Shown: piece after piece, positions 50,109-61,896 of the stretch
Position numbering within the stretch: the stretch's first letter is position 1
Layout of the letters: each line of letters begins with the position of its first letter
Source of the DNA: Terriglobia bacterium
Lineage (GTDB): Bacteria; Acidobacteriota; Terriglobia; JAJPHL01; JAPKYU01
Reading direction: 5' to 3'
Assembly: GCA_965206645.1 (NCBI GenBank)
Contig: CBDBKE010000004.1
Span: 992,001-1,056,000 of the forward strand
DNA: 64,000 bases
Notes under the pieces: model-generated
What the model saw: the letters and a program-made list of their open reading frames with translations, nothing else
Databases searched by the model: none
Told to the model about the DNA's origin: nothing
Translations under genes and position numbers: made by a program

Positions 50109-51188
50109 TCAGCCCCTATCCGCAAACTTCACGGGCCAGTTTGCCTTCTTGGCGGGAGTCGCGCGGCCATCGGCTCGAAGGAGGTTCACGGCGGACTTGT
50201 AAAGGTAGAATGGCGTCTTAGTTACGACGAACTCCCGCACTTCCTCCTCCTTCATAATTCTGCTGGCTAGTTGGGCTACGAGCTCGTCCGCAAGCCACGC
50301 CGGCTTGAGATTCGAAAAGAAGCTCTGTTGGCCAGATTCGTCCACCCGGTCCGAAAACCGGTAGTCGCCGGTCTGGTCCGCTTTCCACATCGCCGACTTC
50401 ATCACCTCAAGGCCGCGAAGGTGGTTCGTTCCAAAAATCAGCCAGTTTATAAGGTGCTCGCTGGAATCGAACATCGCAAACGACCAGACGTAGACCACGC
50501 CCGCGTTGGCGCGAATGGCGTCCATGTAGGCGCGGATCAAATACTGTTGGCGGGCATCGCCATTCATCGTAAGCGCGGCCTTCCACGACTCGTCACCGTA
50601 GGCCGCTGTGATGCCAGGCCATTTCGTCCTGTCCGACAAGAAGTGGTTCATCCGCTGGCAGTTCAGATACGAAAAGACCTCGCAGCACTGGTGCGCCATG
50701 ATGTGTTGCACTAGGGACATCGGCACCTGGGAGTAGCCAAATTGGTCGAGGAAGAACAACGCCGGCCCGAGCATTTGTCCCTGCCGCCTACGTTCTGCGA
50801 TTAGCTTGCGGATTTCAGCGTCACAATCGCCGAGGATAGGAGGCTCAACAATCACCGTTTGACTCGCCACGATTTGATCTTGCTCTTGGGCCAGACGACT
50901 CACGAGATGGGCATGCCGTTCTCTATCTTTTTCGATGAAGCGGAGCCGAATCTTCTTTAGTAAGGTCCGGTCATGGTTGAGAATTGAGTTCAGGGCAACA
51001 ATCGGGCTCCCAGGCTCACCAAGCAGGTATTCACCTGGCCCCGCAAAACCATCAACGAACAGCAGTTCGGTGCCAAATCGAGCGTTGCTGAGGATGGCGG
51101 CCCACGCTTCCAGGTAGGTCCTCAGAATGCCGTGCTTCGCAAGGGTATGTGGTTCTGCTTCCCAGACGGTGGGAAGATTGTCGGTCAT
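50109..51188 (-). CDS. tcmP: Three-Cys-motif partner protein TcmP (methyltransferase-like fold)
   Basis: [35 protein letters not shown]; coupled to DUF5131. Confidence 0.88.
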   Translation of the reverse strand: MTDNLPTVWEAEPHTLAKHGILRTYLEAWAAILSNARFGTELLFVDGFAGPGEYLLGEPGSPIVALNSILNHDRTLLKKIRLRFIEKDRERHAHLVSRLAQEQDQIVASQTVIVEPPILGDCDAEIRKLIAERRRQGQMLGPALFFLDQFGYSQVPMSLVQHIMAHQCCEVFSYLNCQRMNHFLSDRTKWPGITAAYGDESWKAALTMNGDARQQYLIRAYMDAIRANAGVVYVWSFAMFDSSEHLINWLIFGTNHLRGLEVMKSAMWKADQTGDYRFSDRVDESGQQSFFSNLKPAWLADELVAQLASRIMKEEEVREFVVTKTPFYLYKSAVNLLRADGRATPAKKANWPVKFADRG

Positions 51189-51916
51189 GCGGTGATTCTA
51201 TTCTGCGGGCGTGGCGGGAGTTCATTCCAAGTGCGGCCATCTAACGTTCGACCTGACTTCTTCTTGTTCACGCCTCCCCATTGCTTGAAGAAGAACGGCA
51301 CGCCACGTTCCAAGCAGCGGTTGCGAATTGTTCTCACCCAGTCGGGTTCCATCGGGCGGCACTCCGGTCCTGACTCGCCGCCGACGATGATCCAATGAAT
51401 GCCGGTCAGTGGTAGGCGCGGAATCGGTCCAAGTAGAGGCTCGACCGAGAGGAACCTTATGGCTGCGGGAATGTTCCGAAGATGTCGAATGCGCGAAACG
51501 ACCTTCGCGTTCTCGACGCTGGTTCCAAGCCACACGTTCCTCGGCCAGTTGAGTTGACTGACATGCTCGGCCGCAATCTCGGGGCGCTTCGTCAGGATTT
51601 GGAATGTGTGATGCGGGCAGGCCGTCATCACCTTGAAGACTTGCTGGATGAACGAGAGCGGCACGTCCTTTTGGAACAGGTCGCTCATCGAGTTGACGAA
51701 GATCAGGCGAGGTGAGCGCCAGCCGAACGGGATGGTCAACGCGTCCTCGTGCAGCGCAAGGCGAAAACCGTTCTTGTAGTGCTCCTTGCCCATCGCTCGC
51801 AGGCGGTTGGACATCCGCTCCGCGTAGCAGTGCTTGCACCCAGCGCTGACCTTCGTGCAGCCAGTCACCGGATTCCAGGTAGCCTCCGTCCACTCAATGC
51901 TCGAGCCATCTGCCAT
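51185..51916 (-). CDS. DUF5131 (phage Gp37/Gp68) protein
   Basis: [50 protein letters not shown]. Confidence 0.95.
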   Translation of the reverse strand: MADGSSIEWTEATWNPVTGCTKVSAGCKHCYAERMSNRLRAMGKEHYKNGFRLALHEDALTIPFGWRSPRLIFVNSMSDLFQKDVPLSFIQQVFKVMTACPHHTFQILTKRPEIAAEHVSQLNWPRNVWLGTSVENAKVVSRIRHLRNIPAAIRFLSVEPLLGPIPRLPLTGIHWIIVGGESGPECRPMEPDWVRTIRNRCLERGVPFFFKQWGGVNKKKSGRTLDGRTWNELPPRPQNRITA

Positions 51917-51984
51917 TTTTCAAGAGCCTACACACGTTCGTCTTACATTCGCCACATAAACTTCGATGCTGGCTGGCGGCCGAG

Positions 51985-52338
51985 GGCGGCCTCACTCCCC
52001 TGCTCGGCTCCGGGCGCGAAGACCATCGCCCATGATGGACTTGTAGCGGAAGAACGCGTTCTCCACGCGCCGCCCCGCGCCACCCCGCGGGGATCGTCTG
52101 CGCGGGCATGACGCGGGCAGGTCATGCCCTTCAGCGACCTTGAGGCCCAAGTCCGCGCCGAGATGGCGGCCGCGGGCCTGGGGGCGGCGGTGGCCGGACA
52201 TCTCTACTGGGCCGCGCCGCGTGCTCTAATACTCGTTTCTTCCGCCGAATGTCCCGCTGAGCCTTGTTCATGAACGACCTCCCGTTCTGGACACTTTACG
52301 GTTGCACAAGGTGTCCAGCGAGGTCTGAAATTCCTACA
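51985..52338 (-). mobile_element. Fused IS remnants (IS481-like left end and start; IS5-like C-terminal fragment)
   Basis: TGTAGG end at 52338 and MNKAQRDIRRKKRVLEHA; RVENAFFRYKSIMGDGLRARS. Confidence 0.55.
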
Positions 52339-52463
52339 CTGTGCTACTTCATTGCCGCCCCTACACCAACTCGACGTTCACGCGACGCCCAACCATGGCG
52401 GCAGCCTCACTGTGTGGTCCAAGCTGAATGCTAGTTCCCTGGATCTGTGATTTCTAGAATAAG

Positions 52464-52883
52464 TCACCGACGGTCGACTCGGCGGTGCGCGCCGACTGGG
52501 GGCGGGGCGATAGTTCCGTCTGTGGCAATCAGGTTCGCCTGTCTGACCCGGATGACCTCGTACTCCGTGTGCGCCTCATAGACAAATCCTGCGAGTTCGA
52601 TTCGATCTTTCTCGGGCACCATCAGGAAACACGGTCCCCCGCTAGCACCGCTGAGTTCCGGATTGGGGGGCAGTTCCTCGCCCTGAGGCCAGTACCAGCT
52701 GTTCGAGTCGAAGCAGAACGCCATGTGGTTCTCCGACCAGTTGTCCGCTCGGGCGATGAACGACACGAAGTCGCTAGTCATCGTTGCGGGCCTCTTTCCA
52801 GAAGCTTGAGTCCGACGGTTCGTCGGATACCCGCCAAGAATGACTGGATCGTCCTTCTTGATAGCAGGCGGTGGCCATGCCTC
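52464..52883 (-). pseudogene. Trypsin-like serine protease C-terminal fragment truncated by IS3
   Basis: VILGGYP and GASGGP motifs; abuts the IS3 left IR. Confidence 0.55.
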
Positions 52884-52950
52884 TGACCTGACCGGCACTT
52901 TTTGTACCAAGTGGAAAGAGAGAGAATCCACTTGAGAAGGAAGTGAGGTC

Positions 52951-54095
52951 ATGCCGACAAGGAGTTACAAGCCGGAGCAGATTGTAGCGGTGCTACGGCA
53001 GATAGAAGTGCAGATGGGGAACGGGAAGACTGCGCCCCAAGCCTGCAAAGAAGCTGGAATCCACACCCAAACCTACTACCGGTGGCGGAAGGAATACGGC
53101 GGGCTGAAGGTGGTGCAGGCAAAACGGCTAAAGGAGTTGGAGAAGGAAAACACGCGGCTGAAGCGGTTGGTAGCGGAGCTTTCTCTGGAGAAGCAGGTGC
53201 TGCGGGATGTGGCACAGGGAAACTTCTGAGCCCTGAGCGGCGGCGTTGTGCGGTGGAGCGTGCGTGGGAGCAACACGGGTTGTCGGAACGGCATGCCTGC
53301 CGGCTGCTGGGGCAATGGCGAGGGACACAACGATACGAGCCGATTCATCGGGTGGACGAGGATGCTCTGACCCGAGCGATCATTGCCCTGGGAGCGAACT
53401 ACGGGCGATATGGCTACCGGAGGATCACAGCGTTGCTGCGGAGTGCGGGCTGGGAAGTGGGCAAGGACCGGGTGCAGCGGATTTGGCGGCGGGAAGGGCT
53501 GAAAGTGCCGCAAAAACAAAGGCCGCGAGGACGGCTGTGGCTGAACGACGGTTCCTGTGTACGACTGAGGCCGGAGCGACCGAACCACGTGTGGAGCTAC
53601 GACTTCATGAGTGCCAGAACGCACGAGGGGAGAACGCTGCGGCTGCTGACCTTGCTGGATGAGTACACGCGGGAATGCCTGGCGATCCGGGTGGAGCGGA
53701 GGATGGGCAGCCAACAAATCATTGAGGCGTTGTCGGACGTGATGTTGTGGCGAGGGATACCGGAACAGATTCGATCCGACAATGGTCCCGAGTTCATCGC
53801 CAAACAACTGCGCCAGTGGTTGGCAAATCTAGGGACCGGGACACTGTACATCGAACCGGGCAGTCCCTGGGAGAACGGGTACTGCGAGAGTTTCAATGGG
53901 AAGCTGCGGGACGAATGCCTGAATGGAGAGATCTTCTACTCGTTGAAGGAGGCACAGGTGCTGATTGAACAGTGGAGGGTGCAATACAACACGGTGCGGC
54001 CGCACTCGGCGCTCGGCTATAGGCCCCCGGCGCCGGGGGCCTATAGCCCTCCCCTGCCACTGAAACCAGTTTCACAGCCCCAGGCTGCGATGTAA
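52951..54095 (+). CDS. IS3 transposase OrfA (52951-53229)/OrfB with -1 frameshift
   Basis: HTH and leucine zipper OrfA; GGGAAAC slippery site; WSYDF, RSDNGPEF, ESFNG DDE motifs. Confidence 0.93.
54015..54048. repeat. Perfect 34-bp palindrome
   Basis: GGCTATAGGCCCCCGGCGCCGGGGGCCTATAGCC. Confidence 0.9.
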
Positions 54096-54574
54096 ACTCT
54101 CACTACGGTTGGTACAAAAAATCGGTCTGGTCACGACCGCCACGAGGCGTTTCAGGCGCTGGTTGATGTTCTCGATGGGGGGTCTGGAAACTGAGGCGCT
54201 ACCCGCGGGCATCGCAGCCAGTTGGCCGCCCAGAGAACGGGTATGGTGGACAGATGACAAAGAGCAGACAGACTAGGCAATTGAGCCCGTTTTGGAGTTG
54301 GGTCTGCGCGCGGCGCGCCCATGACAATTTTCGCGGCGACTTTATTCGGGATACGCGGGATCTTGTAGCGATGGGCGTCAACCCGGGAGAGCGCATTCTG
54401 GCGGCGTGCCCCGAGGCCATGCAGGAGTCCGAGCGGCTGCGCGCGACATTCTCGCATCTTCAGTAGTGGTACTGGCGCGGGACGCCGTACCACCATGACT
54501 GCTGGGAGGCCGCAAGACCTCCTGCAACGGGAGGGAGGAGTCTAGTTTGATTTCTCCCCTCCCGATTCCTGGAA

Positions 54575-55459
54575 GTGGCCAAAGCCGAAATGGAGAGACC
54601 CAGTATAGCTGGCACTTACATCATCGGGCTGTTCGATATACTCGGGCAGACGCACAAGCTCCGCGACCTACCAAGTTTTCTCGCCCCACCCGGAACCCCC
54701 GCACGCGCCGAGGCGACCTCCGCCTTAAGCGAAGTGACTCGTGAGGTAGCTGACTTACGGTGGCTGTTCCGGCAGCAGTTCGAGGCGTTCGGCGCATCTG
54801 TTGCTCAGATGGCCGCCACGTGCGGCCTGGAGGGTAATGAGATCGCACTGTTGGAGCCGAGTTTCAGGCAGTGGGGTATGTCCGACTCGTACGTCGTAGC
54901 CATTCCGCCGCCGCGCCACGACGACGAACGAGTCTCTCGGCTAGCCGATGTGTACCGCCTGCTGTCCGCAGCAGCGTGTACGTGGCTGCACGCAATGAGA
55001 GTGAACCTGCCCATCCGAGGCGGGATAGCGTTGGGCCTCGCCGTGGCCTTAGAGGAGAACGAGGTCTACGGCCGCCCGCTGGCTGAGGCTCACAGGCTGG
55101 AGAGCAAGGTCGCAAAGTACCCCAGGATAGTAGTCGGGTCGGGGCTCGTGACCTTGCTAAACAGCACCTTGAGGATCGAGACCGAAGATGCAGGGCACTC
55201 GGCGTTGGCCCGCCGGTTAGCACAGGCGTCCCTGGCCCTCATTCAAAGGGACGAGGATGAGCGGCTGGTGGTGGATGTCACCAGCCCAGTTGTCATTGAG
55301 CGCCTACGGGAAGCTATGCCCGATCTGCCGGCGGCCGTGATGCGGAATGTTGAGCAGCAGCTCAGGTGCTACGAGGAAGCGGGATGCAAAAAACTAGAGG
55401 GACGCTACCAGTGGCTTCATCGCCGCCTCGCCGGGCTCCGTGATCGATATGGCCCTTGA
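54575..55459 (+). CDS. Class III nucleotidyl cyclase-like protein
   Basis: FDILG, MSDS, IRGGIALG, YGRPLAEAHRLES, YPRIVV. Confidence 0.7.
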   Translation: MAKAEMERPSIAGTYIIGLFDILGQTHKLRDLPSFLAPPGTPARAEATSALSEVTREVADLRWLFRQQFEAFGASVAQMAATCGLEGNEIALLEPSFRQWGMSDSYVVAIPPPRHDDERVSRLADVYRLLSAAACTWLHAMRVNLPIRGGIALGLAVALEENEVYGRPLAEAHRLESKVAKYPRIVVGSGLVTLLNSTLRIETEDAGHSALARRLAQASLALIQRDEDERLVVDVTSPVVIERLREAMPDLPAAVMRNVEQQLRCYEEAGCKKLEGRYQWLHRRLAGLRDRYGP

Positions 55460-55946
55460 GGCATTCTCTATCCGTCAGTTGATCCGCCCGCTCTCCTTGA
55501 GCCTACACATGATGAGAGTGTGCTTTTCTTTCCTTCCGCTCCTGGACCTTGGCACGGATCTGGCGGGTGTCAGGCCTCTAACCGTCGTTTACTGGTCGTG
55601 GGTGTCGTCGAGGAGGGCGTCATTCTCCAGTAATCAGTGGTCCGAAGAAACCGGGCAGGTCAGCGGGACTGGGATTGTCCCGCCCGCTGTTGATCTTCGC
55701 GAGCGGCGGCTTGTGCTGTGATTCTATGCGACCTTGTCCATTGCGAATTGATATGTTGAGCGATTCTACCCGTGGCCGCTGCCCCAGTGAGGCGAGTGCA
55801 CACTGGCGGAGTACCCTCGGTAGCAGCGAAACAATCAGATCAGACAACCGCTCCGCGTTGACAAGCTCAAACAGCGAATGGTTTCGTAGGAAGTGCCCGC
55901 CTGCCGATGTCCGCCGGTTACACAGGGAGCACCAGTCTTTGGAGAA

Positions 55947-57035
55947 TCAGGCAGTCATTGGGGTGTGATAGAGGCCTCTGCAGTGGCGTTGCCATCCATA
56001 GGAATGGAGCCTGGCGACTGGTCGTGGTATAGGCGTGACTGGATCAGGCGTTCTCCCCTCCAGTCCAGTGTGCGAGCGATACGCATTGAAATATGTCCTG
56101 AAATCGAGCAGCTTGTTCTCCAGGTCCGCCGGCGTCCAGAACAACGTGCGGTCCAAATACTCGCGTCGAATCGTGCCGATCAACCGTTCCACAAAGGGAT
56201 GGGACAGGGGAACATAGGGGACGGTTTTGATTTCGATTACCTCCAGGATCCGCAGATTGGCTTGCCACTGCCCAAACCGATACAGGGGATCATGGTCGGA
56301 GCTGAGGTAGTTGGGCATACAGGGTTGCCATCGAATGGCGCAGTTGAACATGCGGCAAAGTGCCACGCCATTGACGGTTCCGGCGTGGACGCCGAACCCA
56401 ATGATCCGGCGGGTGTATTGATCCATGACGACCAAGACCCAGCGGGTCCGCAACGTGGCCGATTCGCACCGGAACAGATCTATACTCCAGAGGCTGTCCT
56501 TCATGTGGCCAATGAAGGTCAGCCAGGATGGACCACCGGAGTCCTTTTTCGGCCGATAGTGGCTGGCGAGAATCCTTCGAACAACGTCTTTGTCGATGGG
56601 GATGTCGAAAGCCAAGGCAATCTGCTGAGCGATTCGCGGGCAGCCGCAGGTGGGATTGCGCTGCTTCATCTGGACAACAGCGTCGATGAGTTCTTTGTTG
56701 GGTCCGTTTGGTCCGGGCTTACGCCGGTGCTTGGATGAAAAGAGCAGGCAATATTTTCGGTTCCTCAGAGCCCGGTGAAGGCCCAAAAGAGTCGAAGGCT
56801 TCAGCACGATTGCTGAACGGATCAGGCGGGCGGGGCGGATGAGGAGAGCACACAGGCCGGCGGCGAGGCGATCTGAAGTGCGTAGATTGGGAGATCGCTG
56901 TCGCGAACGATTGAGGATCAGGAGTTGTTGCTTGGCGAGAACGGACTCGGCGATCACAGAGCGAATGCCACCCGGACCCAAGAACCGGGTAAGAGTAGCC
57001 ATGACATGGACTGAAAGGATAACGAGATTGCGCAT
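55947..57035 (-). CDS. rve integrase-core transposase
   Basis: WSIDLF, SDHD, VERLIGTIRREYLD, RSHTGL. Confidence 0.88.
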   Translation of the reverse strand: MRNLVILSVHVMATLTRFLGPGGIRSVIAESVLAKQQLLILNRSRQRSPNLRTSDRLAAGLCALLIRPARLIRSAIVLKPSTLLGLHRALRNRKYCLLFSSKHRRKPGPNGPNKELIDAVVQMKQRNPTCGCPRIAQQIALAFDIPIDKDVVRRILASHYRPKKDSGGPSWLTFIGHMKDSLWSIDLFRCESATLRTRWVLVVMDQYTRRIIGFGVHAGTVNGVALCRMFNCAIRWQPCMPNYLSSDHDPLYRFGQWQANLRILEVIEIKTVPYVPLSHPFVERLIGTIRREYLDRTLFWTPADLENKLLDFRTYFNAYRSHTGLEGRTPDPVTPIPRPVARLHSYGWQRHCRGLYHTPMTA

Positions 57036-57086
57036 CTCAGCATCTTAGCAAGAACCGCTAAACCCAGGAATTAGGCCGTAAACTAG

Positions 57087-58033
57087 CAATTCGCCAGGGA
57101 CAGGCTGGCGTCGAGAAAAACATCCGGTTCCTTGACCAAGCGAAAGACTATTTCGTGCCGGTCTTCATTTTCACCAACGATAGCCCCGAGGACGTTAAAA
57201 GCAAGTTGCCTCAAGCCGTTTATCGGGAGGAGTCGTCGGAGAAAAGTTTCGTGTTCATTCAGCAGAAGTCCAGCCTGTTGTCCGGCGATTCGCTGGATTT
57301 CAGCGCCATCAAAGACTGGATAAGGCAAAGTGCGTCGGTGTATACCCTGAAAACCTGGGAACAGGCGTTCCATTTCGCCAAGAAAGAACTGTTCGGTTCG
57401 ATGTACGCAAGAAGCCCGGACTGGCCCAGGGTGTTCTGGAAAGCGTACAAAGATGACGGTGCGGACCCGAGCTCGTCCCTTACGCATCTGATCAACGACA
57501 GTCTACGGGGGCGCATGCGGACGAGCGCGTTTGAGGCGGAAATTCTCGATGCTCCCTATGCTGAGGTTCCCAGGGATGATTTGCTTGCGCTGATCGGCGA
57601 AACCAGTTTCCGTGCACAGAATAAATTGCCGGAAGACGAGATCAGGTGCGGCGACTTGTTCCAGCAACCCCAGAACAACTTCCTGCTCAATCTCCGGCCG
57701 GACTGCGACTGTGTTCCCAGAGACGGAAATGCGGACGAGGTGGAGCTGTACTGCATCGAGGGGAAAAAGATGAGCGACCAGAAACTCGCCAAGCAATTTA
57801 AAGAAGGACATTTTGATGAGAGGGTATGGCAGAGTATCGCTTTCTCCATTCACGAAGGGAAAAGCATGCAGTTTGACTTCAGAAAACTTCGCGTAGAGAA
57901 GTTTTCGGAGCTAAAAGATAAGCGCATCGGTCGTCTGCTGCACCCCTATGTGACCAGAATCCAACAACGTTACGCCCTGTATCTGCAACGACAGGGGCTA
58001 CCCCGCATACCTGAAGGAGCCGTCCAGGGGTAG
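57087..58033 (+). pseudogene. N-truncated receiver-like domain protein of the type found with HSP90-like ATPases
   Basis: Frame open from ~57087 beside the transposase; PVFIFTN, CGDLF, RPDCDC, QRQGLP; family call tentative. Confidence 0.55.
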
Positions 58034-58201
58034 CATTCTGGTTGGCTGGCCAACTCCATCCAGCACTTAGCGCCGTTCGGCTGTCCAGTGTAAGGGCTTC
58101 AAGAAAACGATGAGTCCAATCCCCAATCTGTCGCGGTCAAGAACTGCTCTCGCGCACGCGCTCCGTCTGGACCGGCCCGAGCGCGAGGCGTGGGTCGAGT
58201 C

Positions 58202-58350
58202 ATGAGAGCCTTGCTCTTCGTGCTGATAATGCCGGTGGGGACCGGCGTCGCGCGCGCGCAGTCGCCGGACATGGTGACTGATCGTCCGGATCAGACCGAG
58301 TCGGCTGCGGTTGTGCCGCGGGGCCTGCTGCAGGTAGAGACGGGATGGGG
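58202..58350 (+). pseudogene. Outer-membrane transporter N-terminal fragment
   Basis: Signal peptide then TDRPDQTES...QVETG, truncated. Confidence 0.55.
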
Positions 58351-58621
58351 GAAGCACATGCGGCGGAGGATCAGACACCACAGAATCATGACTTCACGGC
58401 TTGGTGACTGCGGCAGACCAGTCGAGCTCTAATAGGTGGTGACCCGATGGGCTCAACCCAAGTGCGGCGTAGGCTCGCTGGGCGCGACTGTTCTCACCCT
58501 CGACGTAGAGCCGTAGGCCCCGCACGTCGGATTGTGACTCGGCCCGGCTCTTGATGTGGGCAAAGAGCGCTCGGAAGACTCCCCGCTGGCGGAAATCAAC
58601 GGAGACGTAGACACTCTGGAA

Positions 58622-58752
58622 GGTACTGTCAAGTTGAGCAGAATCTGCCCGTTTTGCGGAAGGATTCTGCTGGATCAGAGACTGAGAATCAATGACTTAG
58701 CGGTGGCGGCGGGCGGCGAGAATGCCGCCAAACTGCTTAACTTGACAGTACC
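58622..58752. mobile_element. 131-bp MITE copy 1
   Basis: 19/20-bp TIRs GGTACTGTCAAGTT[G/A]AGCAG; identical to 62259-62389. Confidence 0.9.
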
Positions 58753-58754
58753 TA

Positions 58755-58829
58755 TCTGGGAATTGGAGAATCGTCTTTCGCTTCGCTGATGGCGAGGCGG
58801 TAGACGTGGACCTGATCGACTACCACTAA
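58755..58829 (+). pseudogene. higB: HigB toxin C-terminal remnant
   Basis: SGNWRIVFRFADGEAVDVDLIDYH* directly upstream of higA. Confidence 0.85.
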
Positions 58830-58841
58830 AGGAGGTCTGAA

Positions 58842-59102
58842 ATGTCCATGCGCAACCCGTCGCACCCTGGAGAACTGATCCGCGAGAGCATCCAGGCGAA
58901 AAGCTGGACGGTGGCCCAGTGCGCCGAACGCCTTGGTGTGACCCGAAATACACTGTCGCAACTGCTAAACGGACACGCCGGAGTTTCGCCCACGATGGCG
59001 CTGGCGTTGGAACGTATCGGATGGAGTGACGCTGAACATTGGGTACGGATGCAAGGGAGCTTCGAACTAGCGCAAGCCCGGCTGAGAGAAACGGCGGCGT
59101 GA
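58842..59102 (+). CDS. higA: HigA antitoxin
   Basis: PSHPGE...LGVTRNTLSQLLNG...SPTMALAL. Confidence 0.93.
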   Translation: MSMRNPSHPGELIRESIQAKSWTVAQCAERLGVTRNTLSQLLNGHAGVSPTMALALERIGWSDAEHWVRMQGSFELAQARLRETAA

Positions 59103-59241
59103 GTCTCACCCAGGTGGGGGGTCATGCCGGAGCTTTGGTTTTCATGATCGGCACCCTGGCCGGGATGGCTGGCGGTTTTCTCGCGCTGCTGGCGATTCCC
59201 GGTGGCGCAGCGGCGCGGGCGGCTGAAGAGGAAGAAATTGG

Positions 59242-59689
59242 ATGAGTGAGGAAGAAAAAACGCTCAGAGGAACCATCGAAGAGGCTTGGGACGAGGCCTA
59301 CAACTTCTACCAGTTGTTTGACGGAGAGAGCGACAGAGGTGCCGCTGTTCTTGCCGCAGCGCTTTTCAAGGACCGGCTAAAAAAAGCTATAGAGGGAAAG
59401 GAAGTTCCATAACGTTGACAACAAAGTATGCAAGCGTCTGTCCTTCTGGGGCACGATAGAACTTGGTTATGCCCTCGGACTTTATGATCGGAAAACCCTA
59501 AATGGCTTACATGTTGTCGGAGAGATCCGTAACAAATTTGCCCACTCATCCGACCCGCTGGAATTCGACCACGAGAAGGTAGCGGCTAAGTGCCGGGAAC
59601 TCGATGCGGCCGTCCAAGATCCTGACAACTTACGCGAAAGGTATCTGACCTACTTGCGGGACGTTGAACTCAGCGTGAGGCGTTCGTAG
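59242..59689 (+). pseudogene. MltR-like HEPN protein, frameshifted near 59400
   Basis: ESDRGAAVLAAA in one frame; ALGL...IRNKFAH in the next. Confidence 0.75.
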
Positions 59690-59795
59690 CTCCCGGGATC
59701 GGCCCAGGGAGCTTAAGCGACCAGTCGCGGCGGCAGACCTGGTACCGGGGCAGCGCCCGGATCGCGCGACCCCCTTCTGTCTGAGGAGATAAGCC

Positions 59796-60763
59796 ATGCA
59801 GCGAAAACGCGACGGGTTGGTTCCCATTGCTGAAGCCTTCTCTGATCTGAGCGGGCCGGTGGCGGCGCTCCGCGAAACCCCACCACCGGCGCGGCGGGAC
59901 TTCACCCTCGCCGATCAGGTAAACCAGTTGGTCGGGGCCAGCGAAGCGGACCCCGACCGGAGTTTTATGGCGCGAACGATGGCGCTCTGCTCGTTGCCCC
60001 GGAGCAACCCCGGCAACCGGCTTCAATACAAACGCGTCAACGGGCCATTCACCCTCTACATGACGGTGACGGGCGGCAACAAGCTCCCCTTCGGCAACCT
60101 GCCGCGTTTGATCCTGGCCTGGCTTTGCACCGAAGCGGTACGAACCCAAAACCGCGAGCTGGTCCTGGGGAAATCGCTGGCGGACTTCATGCGAGCGCTC
60201 GGTGTTTACAGCACCAGCGGCGGAAAGTACACCCGCCTCCGCAACCAAATGAAGCGGCCGTTTGGTTGCAGCGTCTCGCTGGTCTATGGGGATGCGCGGC
60301 GCGAAACGACCGCCACCGCTCTGATTGCCGACCTTACTGATTTTTGGTGGAACGAGCGTAAGCCTGACGAGCCGATGCTGTGGGACAGCAAGATTTATTT
60401 AGGTGAGGCGTTCTTCAACGAGATCATCCGCCACCCTGTACCGCTCGATATGAACACCCTCACGGCGCTCAAGCGTTCTTCGCTGGGCCTCGACTTGTAC
60501 CTCTGGCTGGTGTACCGGACCTTTCCGCTTCGCGCTCCGCTGCGGATCACCTGGAGGCAGGTGTACCGTCAGTTTGGAGTGCACCCCTCCAAGGCCAGCG
60601 CAAGCGCACCGTTGATGCCTTTCGCACAAAGGTTCTCCGCGAGTTGAAGAAGATCAAGCTGGCCTGGCCGGAGCTGAAGTACTCGACGGCCAAGGGTGTC
60701 CTGATCCTGCATCCTTCAACCCCCGTCATCGCCCCAGTGGATCAGCGTCAACTAGCAAGCTAG
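59796..60763 (+). pseudogene. repA: Plasmid RepA (RepA_C, IncW-like) with late frameshift near 60600
   Basis: LCSLP, LPFGNLPRLIL, PVPLD, LDLYLWL.YR; C-terminus ELKKIKLAWP in shifted frame. Confidence 0.85.
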
Positions 60764-60909
60764 AACCGCAAAGCTCGCCCCTGACGGCCCCGCGAGTCGC
60801 GGGCGTCCCCTAAGGTCTCCGCACCGCTGAAAGTCATTCCTGGGGCTTCTTACGGTGTCCTGGTCGCCCGCCGCCGCGAGGTTTATCCACAGGTGCCAGT
60901 GATGCGGGG
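60638..60909 (+). repeat. Direct repeat with 62020-62234 (repA 3' end plus downstream region with DnaA box)
   Basis: Near-identical sequence; second copy lacks ~56 bp; TTATCCACA at 60883 and 62208. Confidence 0.88.
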
Positions 60910-60929
60910 AACTCAGAAATAGCGGCTCT

Positions 60930-61847
60930 TCAAATTGCTTTCAGGAGTTGCTCGAATTCGTCTCTCTGGTATGCGTAGGCATACTCGTGTGCATGGTTGG
61001 CGAGCACCTTGTTGAACATGAGAACCCCTTTTTCGTTGGCAGTGTGATACGACACGCGGTCAACTGGCTGTCGTTCAGGGTTCATGCTGTCAGGGCGTCC
61101 GGCCTCAATGAGGATATTGGGCGTGAGGGAAAGAAGGTACCTCCGATCCATGAAGGTCACGGGAATGGGTCCTGTTCTAGGCGGAATCCACTCCGCAACT
61201 GGATTGTCAGACGTGATGAAGCGGTACGGTCCATCCGAGAGGATGATTCGCCACTTCTTCACCAGCAGGAGGTTGCGAAATCCATTGATTTCCTCCTCGC
61301 CGATGAAGTTGAGGTGTTGGGCGTTGTTGGTGGGAATGTCGTACTCATCTGACTCGATCAATCGTTCCACCTCCTCTATCTGTTCGTCCGGGATCTGGCG
61401 CCCCTCGGCCATGCTACGGATGTGGTCTTGAAATCCTGGGAGGCTAGCTAGCTGCTTGAGCATCCACTTCATTAATTCCGACTGCATCTTCTGCAACCGC
61501 GCCCGGAAGAAGCGCGTTCGAAGCCACTGAACGCTCATGAAATACGCGAGCTCATCCAAGTCACCGTTGGTTAGATGCTGGGCGACACCACGTTCGATGA
61601 CTCCTCGTAGAGCCTTCGCAGACACATCCTCGATCCGGCAGAACACATCTTCGAATGCTTGGCTGATTTCATCCTGAACGCCGTTCTCGGCGGCGTAGAA
61701 GAACTTCTCGTAGCACTCCTTCTTGCAGGAGCTGGGCCTTCCGATGCGCTTAGCCCGCACATCGAAGACCTGAATCTGCCCCTTTTTTGAAAACCGCTTG
61801 AGATAGAACTGTGGAACGAAGTGTTGGTTCTCAGTGATCTGTGTCAT
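60930..61847 (-). CDS. DUF4238 family protein
   Basis: NQHFVPQFYLKRF, QWLRT, FITSDNPV. Confidence 0.9.
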   Translation of the reverse strand: MTQITENQHFVPQFYLKRFSKKGQIQVFDVRAKRIGRPSSCKKECYEKFFYAAENGVQDEISQAFEDVFCRIEDVSAKALRGVIERGVAQHLTNGDLDELAYFMSVQWLRTRFFRARLQKMQSELMKWMLKQLASLPGFQDHIRSMAEGRQIPDEQIEEVERLIESDEYDIPTNNAQHLNFIGEEEINGFRNLLLVKKWRIILSDGPYRFITSDNPVAEWIPPRTGPIPVTFMDRRYLLSLTPNILIEAGRPDSMNPERQPVDRVSYHTANEKGVLMFNKVLANHAHEYAYAYQRDEFEQLLKAI

Positions 61848-61896
61848 GCCGAGACTCCCTCCGCTTACGAGATATCAAGACTTGCAGGATGAGCAT

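Larger units (their letters stand above)
52884..54133 (+). mobile_element. IS3-family insertion sequence
   Basis: TG...CA ends with IRs TGACCTGACCG..TTTTTGTACCAA / TTGGTACAAAAAATCGGTCTGGTCA; no obvious TSD. Confidence 0.9.
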
